Of a stretch of 64,000 nucleotides of DNA, positions 37,043 to 46,110 are shown one piece after another (position 1 is the first letter of the stretch; each line of letters starts with the position of its first letter). The notes under the pieces are model-generated. The model ran no database searches. It had not been told where the DNA came from and worked only from the letters and a program-made list of their open reading frames with translations. Source of the stretch: a virus (taxonomy: Duplodnaviria > Caudoviricetes). Location of the stretch: positions 32,001 to 96,000 of IMG/VR virus record IMGVR_UViG_3300033067_002502; one strand, given 5' to 3'. The position numbers and the translations under genes were made by a program.

Positions 37043-37229
37043 AGACTTATTTAAAATAGATAAAATGGTTGGTGTTTGTGGGTTTTGTAGACATCATCAG
37101 CATAATCCAACTATAGAATTTAATTTTGGAGATTCTAAAGTATACTGGCTATGTCCTTCTTGTAAAAAAATGAATGAAATGGATTTTTCAAAAAATCTTC
37201 CTAAGTCTTACCCTAAAACTAGGAGATAA
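37029..37229 (+). CDS. Small Zn-ribbon protein
   Basis: CGFC..CPSC. Confidence 0.65.
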   Translation: MEEDKDLFKIDKMVGVCGFCRHHQHNPTIEFNFGDSKVYWLCPSCKKMNEMDFSKNLPKSYPKTRR

Positions 37230-37231
37230 TA

Positions 37232-37798
37232 GTGTTTGTAGTAAAAAATATAACAAAAAACGAAATTTCGATACCAGATCTTAGGATAAATTTATCTCCA
37301 GGAGATCAGGTTGATTTAGATATGGTTACTTCTCGGTTTTATATAGAACAATCATGGACTCTTAAAGGATTACTTCGCAATCATGGTCTTAAGTGTATAG
37401 TAAAAGATGACGGAAGTGGGGTTTATCAAATAAAAACAGCAGAAAATCCATCTTATAATCCAAATGAAAAAACCTCATCTGACGTAATAGCTGCAGTAAA
37501 AAATCTTGAAGAAAAATTATCTAAACGATTAGATGAAAAAATTGCTTCTCAATCTCAACAACCTCAAATAGATATAAATTTACTTAATCAAGCTTTATCT
37601 GCTTTACAAGGAATAGCTTCACAATCTATTAAGGGTAATGTAGAAAAAACGGATGTAGACAATTCTTTGGTTGTTGATATCCAAAAAAGAACTCTAGATA
37701 GGCTGTCTAACAGTTCTACCTCAAATGTAAAGCATGAAGAGCAAATAACCGATAATAATGTATCTAAAAATATAGAAGAACTAGAAGGCTTGTTGTAA
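37232..37798 (+). CDS. Hypothetical protein upstream of the actin; N-terminal domain resembles that of 12937
   Basis: GTG start after AGGAG; KN.TKN.I...DL N-terminus and a coiled-coil-like C-terminus. Confidence 0.65.
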   Translation: MFVVKNITKNEISIPDLRINLSPGDQVDLDMVTSRFYIEQSWTLKGLLRNHGLKCIVKDDGSGVYQIKTAENPSYNPNEKTSSDVIAAVKNLEEKLSKRLDEKIASQSQQPQIDINLLNQALSALQGIASQSIKGNVEKTDVDNSLVVDIQKRTLDRLSNSSTSNVKHEEQITDNNVSKNIEELEGLL

Positions 37799-37813
37799 TA
37801 AAAAGGAAATAAT

Positions 37814-38641
37814 ATGGCTAATAGCAGAGCGGTGGCAGTAGCAGTAGCAGTTACAGAGGAAGAGATTAAAGATGTTGAACAACAGTTAAAGGAACTAGCC
37901 AATTGTAGAATATTTATTTGCGGTGATAGGTTTTGGAATTATTCTGTTTTTGATGGCATGATGCTTTCAGATGGACATTTGCAAAAATCTACAAAAAGTA
38001 AAAATGCTAGATTTTCTTTATCTTGTAAATATGAAGAATTTGCAAAAACTTTTCAACGATTAAGTGGTAGTTTTAATTGGACAGAATCACATTGTAGGGA
38101 TATTTATGACAAAAGAACTAATAAAACATATACTTCCTGGAGATTATCTAGTAAAACTGATGAAAGATTTACCATTGAACATAAACGATGGTATCCTGAA
38201 GGCAAAAAGATAGTTCCAAAAGATTTGATTCTTGATAAAACTACTCTTGTTTGGTGGTATTTAGGAGATGGTTCTTTGAATCGCAAGAAGTCTAGGCCCA
38301 ATTATAGAAGAGTTGTTTTTTGTACGCAGGGTTTTACGGTTCAAGATGTTGATTTCCTAAAATTAAAACTTGAAGAATTATTTGGTAATGATTCTATTTA
38401 TATAGAAGAAAATCAAATTATTATTGCCAAACAATCTCTTTGTAGTTTTATTAAATTTATAGGAATAGAAAGTCCAGTTTCTTGTTACCAATATAAGTTT
38501 GATTTTGGACCATATATAAACGAAAATTATTGGAAGAAAAGTTTTGAAGATAGACCTTTGAAGTATATAAATGAATATAGAAAGATGAACAAAGTAAGAG
38601 AGTTGAACTACAAATCAAAAGAGGAGATTAATCATGGCTAA
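37814..38641 (+). mobile_element. Free-standing LAGLIDADG homing endonuclease gene
   Basis: FDGMMLSDGHL and WWYLGDGSL motifs, WYP.GKKIVP and FCTQGFT. Confidence 0.88.
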
Positions 38642-39692
38642 TTCAAGAGTTCTGGGCGTGGATCTCGGAACAATGTTTTTTCAAGTTGCAGAAATGGATG
38701 GTTCTTTAGTTAAAGTAAAGAATACTCGTAATGCTTTTGTTGAGCTTCCAAAATCAGATGATGTAGAAGAAGCACTTAAAAGTAATAATTGGCAATACAT
38801 AAAAGATGGAGATAATTATTATGTAGTTGGCGATGATTGTATAAAAGTTGCAAATATTTTTCCAGGCAAAGTAGAAGTTCGTAGGCCTATGGCAGATGGA
38901 GTTCTTAATAAAAATGAAGATAAAAAACTTGTTGTCCTTGCTGAACTTGTAAAGGCATCTATAGGAAAAGCTCCTGATGATAAGTCTTGGGTTTGTACTT
39001 GCGTAAGTTCTGAATCAATTGACGGTTCTTCTGATTCTACTTTTCATAAAAACAGAGTAACTGCTTTGTTTACTCGTTTAGGTTGGAAGGTTAAGATAAT
39101 TGAAGAAGCCCATGCTGTTGTATTAAGTGAAAGACCTACTATTATTGAAGAAGATGGTACTGTTATTCCTTATTCTGGAATTGGTATTTCGTTTGGAGCA
39201 GGAAGGGTAAATTGTTTATTAGCTTATAAAGGCTTGCCAGTTATAGGAATGTCTGTTGCTAGATCTGGTGATTGGGTTGATAAGCAAGTATCTGAGCAAA
39301 CAGGAGTTGCTATTTCTCAAGTTATTTCAACTAAGGAACGAAAATTAGACTTTACTAAAATAGATGACGACGATGATGTTCTTTTTGCTTTAAATGCTTA
39401 CTACGATGTTATGATTGAGTATGTTTTTAAACATTTTGGAAATAAATTTCAAGAAGTAAAAAGCCAATTTACTCAACCTCTTGATATTATAGTTGCTGGA
39501 GGAACAAGTATGCCTAAAGGTTTTTGCCAGAAATTAGAGAAAATAGTAAGAGGGTTAGAATTGCCGTTCCAAATTAAAGAAGTAAGACATGCAAAGAATC
39601 CTAGAAATTCAGTAGTAGAAGGTTTGTTGACTCAAGCTCTTATAACACAGAAAAAAGAGGTTTCAGAAGCTTTAGACAAAATACTAACCTAA
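38634..39692 (+). CDS. Actin-fold ATPase, volactin-like
   Basis: Phosphate-1 VLGVDLGTM, RNAFVE, RRPM.DGVL, connect-1 IEEAHAV, phosphate-2 GIGISFGAG, ARSGDWVD and the adenosine motif IVAGGTS. Confidence 0.85.
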   Translation: MANSRVLGVDLGTMFFQVAEMDGSLVKVKNTRNAFVELPKSDDVEEALKSNNWQYIKDGDNYYVVGDDCIKVANIFPGKVEVRRPMADGVLNKNEDKKLVVLAELVKASIGKAPDDKSWVCTCVSSESIDGSSDSTFHKNRVTALFTRLGWKVKIIEEAHAVVLSERPTIIEEDGTVIPYSGIGISFGAGRVNCLLAYKGLPVIGMSVARSGDWVDKQVSEQTGVAISQVISTKERKLDFTKIDDDDDVLFALNAYYDVMIEYVFKHFGNKFQEVKSQFTQPLDIIVAGGTSMPKGFCQKLEKIVRGLELPFQIKEVRHAKNPRNSVVEGLLTQALITQKKEVSEALDKILT

Positions 39693-39703
39693 CGGAAAGT
39701 TAA

Positions 39704-40432
39704 ATGGCATATGCAACAACAACACAAGTTTATGATATTCTTGCTCAAGCTCTTACAAGCGCAACAAATAGGGTTGTGAACGGTCAGCCAGTTCCTTTAT
39801 GGACATTTGGAAAAAGTAAAGACGGTAATGTTATTTCTGATGATACTGTTCTTCAGTATATAACTTGGGCAGGAGAACAAATAGATGCTTCAATAAGCGA
39901 AATGTATGTTACTCCCTTAAGTGAAAAATCAGATTTAGAACTTGCTCTTTTGTCAGATATTGATACATATAATGACACAGTTCAAGTAGATAAAGCTGTT
40001 GTATTGAATCCAGGAGATACTCTTGTTTTTATTAGCGATTTATCAGAAGAAAGACATACTGTTTCTTCTATAACGAATAATACAGATATAGAATTGCAAG
40101 ATGCACTACTTGGTGTATATCATGTAGAAACTACTAGAATTATAAGAGTAAAGTTTCCATCAACTATTAGTTTAATGTGCGCAAGGTTCGCTGCTGCAAG
40201 TATTTATGACAAATACTTTGCTTCTCAAGCGAATCCAAATATTTCAGATTATGGTAAAACACTTAGAAAGTGGGCTGTATCTGACTTAAATGCAATATTA
40301 AATGGAATTGTCATTCTTCATGGACAAAAAAGAATAGGACATCGCTTCTTCAATCCTACACTAAGAGACAGATATGGATTGCCTCCTTTGGATAAGGATT
40401 TCAATATTAAAATTGAAGGAGGAGATGCATGA
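39704..40432 (+). CDS. Head-tail connector/adaptor (Mu gp36/DUF1320-like) with an inserted domain
   Basis: MAYAT..V, I..A.EQIDA.I..Y..P, CARFAA..IY and A..DL..I..G pattern. Confidence 0.6.
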   Translation: MAYATTTQVYDILAQALTSATNRVVNGQPVPLWTFGKSKDGNVISDDTVLQYITWAGEQIDASISEMYVTPLSEKSDLELALLSDIDTYNDTVQVDKAVVLNPGDTLVFISDLSEERHTVSSITNNTDIELQDALLGVYHVETTRIIRVKFPSTISLMCARFAAASIYDKYFASQANPNISDYGKTLRKWAVSDLNAILNGIVILHGQKRIGHRFFNPTLRDRYGLPPLDKDFNIKIEGGDA

Positions 40433-40677
40433 AAAGTCCAGGAAAAGATGGATTTGATCAGATAATTGATTTGATTAGTGAGATTAAAAATTTAGATGGA
40501 AGAAAAATACAAGATGTAACTTTTTCATCAAAGATTGTTATTAGTAAAACTCCAGATGAAGCAAAAAAAAGAAGCGATTATCAACAATTTCTTAGAGACA
40601 ATCTTGCAGAAGAAGAAGAATTGGGTAGTCATGCTAAGAATTTTGTTGAAGATATAGTTAGAAAACATTTGGATTAA
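40429..40677 (+). CDS. Hypothetical protein
   Basis: ATGA overlap and SD GGAGG. Confidence 0.6.
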   Translation: MKSPGKDGFDQIIDLISEIKNLDGRKIQDVTFSSKIVISKTPDEAKKRSDYQQFLRDNLAEEEELGSHAKNFVEDIVRKHLD

Positions 40678-40683
40678 AATAAC

Positions 40684-41589
40684 ATGCTAGAATTTTTAGA
40701 AAGCGTTAGAAGGACAATATATAGGTGGGTAAATACAACCGTTCCTTTAACGGCTGACTGTTCTTATGGTTCTACTACCGTTACTGTTACTTCGTCAAGA
40801 AGATTCCGTGTTGGTGATGAGGTCTCTATTCATGACGGAGTTAACGGAGAGCCAGGTTTGAGAATTAGCGAAATTCCAGATGATAATACTGTTATTCTTG
40901 TAAGCCCAATTAAAGTTATAACAGGTTGGAGAGTTTCTTCGGGAGCTATGCTTACAAAAACATACGATGGACAATTTGTTCAAGCTTTATATTTAGGAGA
41001 TCCAGATGTTATTCCTCGTTATCCTGCAATAGCGATTCTTGGACAAAAAAGTACATCTGAGTGGTTTACTTTAGGAACAACTAAAGAGAGATATGAATTA
41101 CAAATAGTTGTTTATGCAGAAAATGACGGGCAAGAAGCTTCTTATAAATCTGTTATGCAAATTGCAAACATTATACAGCTTGGACTTAAGAAGAATTTTT
41201 ACCCACTTATTGGTCCTTATGAAACAGTAAATGTTACTGCAAACGTTTCTGATGGAGATCAATTTATAAAAGTTGCAGATTCTTCAATATTTTCATGCGA
41301 AGATAAGATTCTTATTGAAAATGTTTATCAAGCAGAAGAATTAAGGGTTGCAGCGATTCCTGATTCAACAACAATACAAGTTTGGCCTAATATTTTTAAT
41401 GATTATTTAACAACGGATCAATCTAAAATAATTAGATTAACTAGGTTTGTCTATAATTCTTGGCCTAGTAGTGTTGATTATGGATTTAAATACAAAGGGA
41501 CGCTTCTTCATGCAGCAAGTATAAGTTGGTTTGGAGAAGAACAAGAAATACAAACTCGTCATGGATGGTCAGATCCTCAACTTTCTTAA
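40684..41589 (+). CDS. Putative tail terminator/completion protein with inserted beta domains
   Basis: LYLGD..IP.YPAI.I..EW..ERY.L.I.VY pattern, located between the adaptor and the tail tube. Confidence 0.5.
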   Translation: MLEFLESVRRTIYRWVNTTVPLTADCSYGSTTVTVTSSRRFRVGDEVSIHDGVNGEPGLRISEIPDDNTVILVSPIKVITGWRVSSGAMLTKTYDGQFVQALYLGDPDVIPRYPAIAILGQKSTSEWFTLGTTKERYELQIVVYAENDGQEASYKSVMQIANIIQLGLKKNFYPLIGPYETVNVTANVSDGDQFIKVADSSIFSCEDKILIENVYQAEELRVAAIPDSTTIQVWPNIFNDYLTTDQSKIIRLTRFVYNSWPSSVDYGFKYKGTLLHAASISWFGEEQEIQTRHGWSDPQLS

Positions 41590-41594
41590 TAAAT

Positions 41595-41888
41595 ATGTGG
41601 TATAAAAAAGCAAATAATTTAGGATATATGGGTATTGGGCAGACTCCAAAAGCAGGATTACCTGTATTCCTTTGGTGGTGGGACGGAACTTTTCATGTAG
41701 AAAAAACAGATGATCCAAAAAGAGGACATTCTTCTGTTATTCCAGATATGGATAAGGTTATTTGTAGAGGAAGATTTGATCCAAAAACCAATGACGTAAG
41801 TGTAATGGGTAATATTATTGCTAAAGAAGCAATACAAAATATAAAAAGACAGTGGCCTGGATCTAAAATACATGTATTTAGAATATAA
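41595..41888 (+). CDS. Small protein with MWYKKA N-terminus (start revised)
   Basis: The ATG at 41595 follows the upstream stop and begins MWYKKAN. Confidence 0.65.
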   Translation: MWYKKANNLGYMGIGQTPKAGLPVFLWWWDGTFHVEKTDDPKRGHSSVIPDMDKVICRGRFDPKTNDVSVMGNIIAKEAIQNIKRQWPGSKIHVFRI

Positions 41889-41952
41889 CTGAATAAGCCG
41901 ATAATATTATTGTAAAACTGACCCCGTAAGGTCTTTAAAGGAGAAAGTTCCT

Positions 41953-42525
41953 ATGAAAATAAATGATGGTAGAATAGATAAATCATTATACGCTGCTATA
42001 AGTGACGAATTCCAAAAAACGATGGATGCTTGGAGCGAAAAGTTTGCAGAAATAGAATCTGTAAGGCGAAAAAATAATTTAGAGTTACTTTATCTTAGTA
42101 CCGTAAATTTAATAGATATTGTTAAAAATACGCAAAATTATTTTGAAAAAAATGTTTATCATTCTATGAGTAGATTACAATTTGCTCAATGTTATGGTAC
42201 TGTAAAAGTATGTACCTCAAGAGAGTCTGGTCATACAACAGTAATAAGCAGACTTATAGAAGAAAAATTCAATAAAGTTATTGTTGTTTTGCCTACAATG
42301 AATATGGTAGAAATCTATAAACGATTACCTAGTTTTCAAAATATTAAAAATAAAATTTATTTTTGCAGTCCGAATTGTTTTGAAAGTAAGCTTTTAGGCT
42401 TTTATGATTTTGAAGCAGTTATTGTTGATTGTTCATTTCTTATTTCTCAGTCTAAAATAGATGAATTGTATAAAATAACTTGTTCTGTAATGGATAGACG
42501 ACCTTTATACTTATTTATGGAATAA
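41953..42525 (+). CDS. Hypothetical protein with a degenerate P-loop-like motif
   Basis: TSRESGHTT, VIVVLP and AVIVD; SD AGGAG. Confidence 0.55.
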   Translation: MKINDGRIDKSLYAAISDEFQKTMDAWSEKFAEIESVRRKNNLELLYLSTVNLIDIVKNTQNYFEKNVYHSMSRLQFAQCYGTVKVCTSRESGHTTVISRLIEEKFNKVIVVLPTMNMVEIYKRLPSFQNIKNKIYFCSPNCFESKLLGFYDFEAVIVDCSFLISQSKIDELYKITCSVMDRRPLYLFME

Positions 42526-43698
42526 ATGATGAAAATATTAACAATTGGAGCTTCTCCTTACCTTCTTGTTCGTAACGGTAAGATTAATGCTGATATTATA
42601 AATAGACTTGTTTTTGAAGGACATGATGTTTCTTCTGCTGTTTGGCATCATGATGAAGGTTATTTTATGCCATCAGAAGAAGGTGTTCATTCTTATGAAA
42701 AAGATAATAAAAATATTTGTCAACTTTATCCTTTTTCTCCTAAAACAGACGAGTCTTCTCCTTTTATTTATGAGTTAATGAAATCTGTTCAGCCTGAAAT
42801 TGTTATAACCATAGGAGATCATAAGGATACTAATTTTTTATATGCTATAAAAGCAATGTATCCTAATTTATTTAAATGGATTGCTATTTATACAATTGAT
42901 TGTAATGGAATACCGTCACAAAATAAAGATGCATTTGAATATGCTGATTATATTATTACAACAAATGAATTTTCTTTGAAGGAAATTTCTTCCTTTGCCA
43001 ATGTTGAAGGATTATTTATTCCATATGGACCAGATAAGGTCTTTAAATATGATAAATCTTCTAAAAGAGATTTAATTTTGTGTTCTTCTAGAAATGCACA
43101 ATCAAGTAATATTGCTTCTTTCTTAAAATCAACTTCTGGTGTTGAATTTTGTAAATTTATTCCATATTTGCATACGAATATGTACGATCCAGGCGATTAC
43201 AGTATAGATAGTCTTAAGGAAAAGTATAAATCAGAGTATTTGCAATATACAACAGATTATTGTTCTATTAAGGAAGGAATTACTGAAAATAAAATGGTAG
43301 AAATATACAATAGATCTGCAATTATTGTGGATTGTTCAATTAAATCAGCTACTGGATTGTCTTTGCTAGAGGGAATGGCTTGTGGGTGTATTCCTGTTGG
43401 CATGGATTATGGAAGAATTGGAGAGATTATATCTCTTATGCCAGAAAAATACAGATTTACTGTTCCTTATAATATTTTTGTTGGTCAGAATGAAGAAGAA
43501 TTTGCAATTATTTGTCCAAACAAACTCAGAATGACATTGCTTGAGATAAAGAATAAAATGGGTGCTTTGCAAGAGGCATCAGAAGCTGCAATAAACGTTG
43601 CAAATATGTTTTCTAACAAATCTTTTGTTGACAAATTGTTAGATATTATTCAAAAAGTACGTTTTTCTAAAGAGTCAATAGCTTTAGATGTTATTTAA
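42526..43698 (+). CDS. GT4-like glycosyltransferase
   Basis: MKILTIG, QPEIVITIGD, IPYG.D and IYNRS.I.V..S....TGLSLLEGMACG.IPV. Confidence 0.8.
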   Translation: MMKILTIGASPYLLVRNGKINADIINRLVFEGHDVSSAVWHHDEGYFMPSEEGVHSYEKDNKNICQLYPFSPKTDESSPFIYELMKSVQPEIVITIGDHKDTNFLYAIKAMYPNLFKWIAIYTIDCNGIPSQNKDAFEYADYIITTNEFSLKEISSFANVEGLFIPYGPDKVFKYDKSSKRDLILCSSRNAQSSNIASFLKSTSGVEFCKFIPYLHTNMYDPGDYSIDSLKEKYKSEYLQYTTDYCSIKEGITENKMVEIYNRSAIIVDCSIKSATGLSLLEGMACGCIPVGMDYGRIGEIISLMPEKYRFTVPYNIFVGQNEEEFAIICPNKLRMTLLEIKNKMGALQEASEAAINVANMFSNKSFVDKLLDIIQKVRFSKESIALDVI

Positions 43699-43715
43699 AA
43701 TAACATTTACTAAGA

Positions 43716-43741
43716 AGGATTTGATATATAGACTATTGAAA
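43716..43741 (+). promoter_or_regulatory. Putative late promoter AGGATTT-N13-TTGAAA, followed by a 13-bp hairpin (43748-43778)
   Basis: Motif match ahead of the tail genes; the hairpin is ATACTTCGTGTTC-GTAAT-GAATATGAAGTAT. Confidence 0.5.
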
Positions 43742-43822
43742 AAGAGGATACTTCGTGTTCGTAATGAATATGAAGTATGGTTTATTATTTAGGATTAAGT
43801 TTAGAAAGAGGAGTCAACAAAA

Positions 43823-44254
43823 ATGGCATCTAATAACGTAATTAGCGGAGTGGATTATTTAGCTATCGCAACTTACTACTCGAATGCAAGAGCTAGTAAT
43901 ACAGGTTCGGTTGACTATTTGTACGAAGCGGTATACAAGATTGTTTTATCTACTCAATTCTATCCAACGATAGATCTAATTAATGAATTCTGGACTAGCT
44001 ATAAGATTAACGCAGATATTTATAGATCTCCGTCTACATATCTTAGTGCTGTTCGAGCAATTAATAATCACGTTGTAAATAGAGCTGGATCAACGGTAAC
44101 TGATGTTAATGATTATCTCATTGAAGAGAATATTACCGTTCCTATGGGGTGGGCAGAACTTTGCAAGAATACAGGAGTTCTTATTTGTCTTACAAGAATT
44201 TCTAATCCAGGTGGAACTACATATGCAGATGGTACAACTATTCCAGCTTGCTAA
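43823..44254 (+). CDS. Hypothetical structural protein upstream of the tail tube
   Basis: Strong SD GAGGAG. Confidence 0.65.
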   Translation: MASNNVISGVDYLAIATYYSNARASNTGSVDYLYEAVYKIVLSTQFYPTIDLINEFWTSYKINADIYRSPSTYLSAVRAINNHVVNRAGSTVTDVNDYLIEENITVPMGWAELCKNTGVLICLTRISNPGGTTYADGTTIPAC

Positions 44255-44291
44255 GAATGGTTTTTGATTTTAATGTTTAGGAGAATTTTAC

Positions 44292-45350
44292 ATGGCTATA
44301 CCATACGCTCAAATGGGATTTGTTGGGTCTGTTAGATTTAGTGGAGGATCTATTGGACAAGAAATATTTGTTAGGGCTAAGTCTTGCGACATAAGAGCAA
44401 AGCAGGAAATATCTTATCCAGATGTAGTTGATGGTCGTATTGATAGAACTCTTTATCAAATTGGACCAAGAACTGTTGATGGGAATTGCGATTTTCCTCT
44501 AGTTCACGAAGGAATAGTTAATGGAACTCAAAAGAATTGCGGAGAAGGAACTGCCACTTGCGAAACAAATTTAGCTAACAGACTTTGGAATATTGCAGCT
44601 AAAAGAGATCAAGTAGGTAGACTTGTAAATCAATTCAATATAGATGTTCGTTATACAGATAACACTGCTTATAGATATCCAAATTGTATTATAAATACAA
44701 TGAAAATAAATGTTACTCAAAGCGCAGAAGTAAATATGAGCTTTGGAGTTATTGGTGGATCTAATTCTACAGATAATGTTAGAGAAATTATTTCAGAAGA
44801 CAGAGCTCCTGTTTTTATGTCACCTGCTCGTATTGTTACTTGGAATGATTTTAGAATAAATGTTTTTGTTAGAGAAGAAAGCATAACTCTTCCAGGAGCT
44901 TATATTAGGTCATTTGATGTTACTTTAAACAACAATGCAGATCGTTTCTATACATTGAACGGAAAACTAGCTCCTCAAGATATTACAGCAAAAAAGAGAG
45001 CAATTGAAGGAAGTCTTTCTCTTATGGGTTTTGCTAATAAGCAATTTTATGATTTCATCTATAATAATCAAAATCGCTTTACTTCTCAAACTAAGATTCA
45101 GTTCGGATATACTCTTGGAAGTGGATCTGTTCCTTATTGGGCAACCGCTTTATGGGGTGTTATTTTTCAGATTGAAGAAGTTGCTATCAGTAATGAACTC
45201 ATTGAAACAAGAGTTCCTTTTGTTGCTTTAGGTGACTGCGAAAATGATTACGAAGCTATTGAACTAGGAACATGCAATGTTAGCGTCGATAATTCTAACG
45301 CAACATTTGGCGGTCCAACAGCTCCTGGTTACTTTACTCCTTTGAGCTAA
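44292..45350 (+). CDS. Major tail (tube) protein
   Basis: R.VDG..DFP, YP.C.IN...I.V and IRSFDVTLNNN..R.YTL..DI.A.KR.IEGSL; directly upstream of the chaperone and tape measure genes. Confidence 0.7.
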   Translation: MAIPYAQMGFVGSVRFSGGSIGQEIFVRAKSCDIRAKQEISYPDVVDGRIDRTLYQIGPRTVDGNCDFPLVHEGIVNGTQKNCGEGTATCETNLANRLWNIAAKRDQVGRLVNQFNIDVRYTDNTAYRYPNCIINTMKINVTQSAEVNMSFGVIGGSNSTDNVREIISEDRAPVFMSPARIVTWNDFRINVFVREESITLPGAYIRSFDVTLNNNADRFYTLNGKLAPQDITAKKRAIEGSLSLMGFANKQFYDFIYNNQNRFTSQTKIQFGYTLGSGSVPYWATALWGVIFQIEEVAISNELIETRVPFVALGDCENDYEAIELGTCNVSVDNSNATFGGPTAPGYFTPLS

Positions 45351-45436
45351 TCCTTTTTATTAAAATGACGATAGAACTGTGTTCTTAGCTATTCTTTATA
45401 TAAATAGCTACCGTTTATGTTTTTAAGGAGAATTTA

Positions 45437-45877
45437 ATGGCAAAAATGCTTTTTTCAAAAAATGAAGAACTTATAACTATCACTTTGTATTATAAAGTAC
45501 AAACAAATAAATTTGGCGTTAGGCAATATAAGATTCTAGAAGAAGATGAAGCGAAAACAAGGATTTCAGAAGGAGATAAAAATGTTGATATTTTATCTTC
45601 GAAATGGCTAATCCCAACGTGGAAGTCAAATAGTCATCTTATTCGTTCTTCAACTTTTTACAACCCTTCAGATGGTCAAAATAAGGTAGATTGGTCAAAA
45701 TATCAGGATAATGTATTTAAAAATTGTTTAAAAGAATGGGATATTGTTGATGAAAATAATGTTGATGTTCCTATAAATACAGATACTATTGGTTCTTTAC
45801 CAGTGGTTATAGCTTCGGCTCTTCTTAATAAATACGAAAGCAGTTTGGCTTTGGAGGAAGAAGATCAAAAAAAATAA
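45437..45877 (+). CDS. Tail assembly chaperone (lambda G-like)
   Basis: LKEWDI.DE...VP...I.SLP pattern; ends CAA AAA AAA TAA at a slippery site. Confidence 0.75.
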   Translation: MAKMLFSKNEELITITLYYKVQTNKFGVRQYKILEEDEAKTRISEGDKNVDILSSKWLIPTWKSNSHLIRSSTFYNPSDGQNKVDWSKYQDNVFKNCLKEWDIVDENNVDVPINTDTIGSLPVVIASALLNKYESSLALEEEDQKK

Positions 45878-46110
45878 TATCTGATGCAGCTAGTTTTTTA
45901 GTCGGAAAAAATGAAAACGAAAACGAAATGCATGAATCCGTAAAAGAACATATGCTTGCATCAGAATACGGCTGGACGCTTGAGTATATTAGAGAATTGT
46001 CAATGAAGGACTTCAAAGAACAAATTTTGATATGTTCTATAAAACACAAAATAAAGAATGAACAAATGAAATTTTTAGCAGGAATTAGTGTAGCAAGGGG
46101 TGTTATGTGA
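45867..46110 (+). other. Programmed -1 frameshift site (A AAA AAA) and GT-like extension
   Basis: The -1 frame is open from 45874 (IISDAASFLVGK..) into ORF 45928-46110 (LASEYGWT..YI.EL). Confidence 0.8.

Noticed and set aside
37800-38641. Group I intron around the LAGLIDADG gene
   Set aside because: Only 15 nt separate it from the upstream gene and it overlaps the downstream gene, leaving no room for a ribozyme core.
41953-42525. Terminase large subunit
   Set aside because: It is too short, lacks the Walker A Lys and has no nuclease domain.
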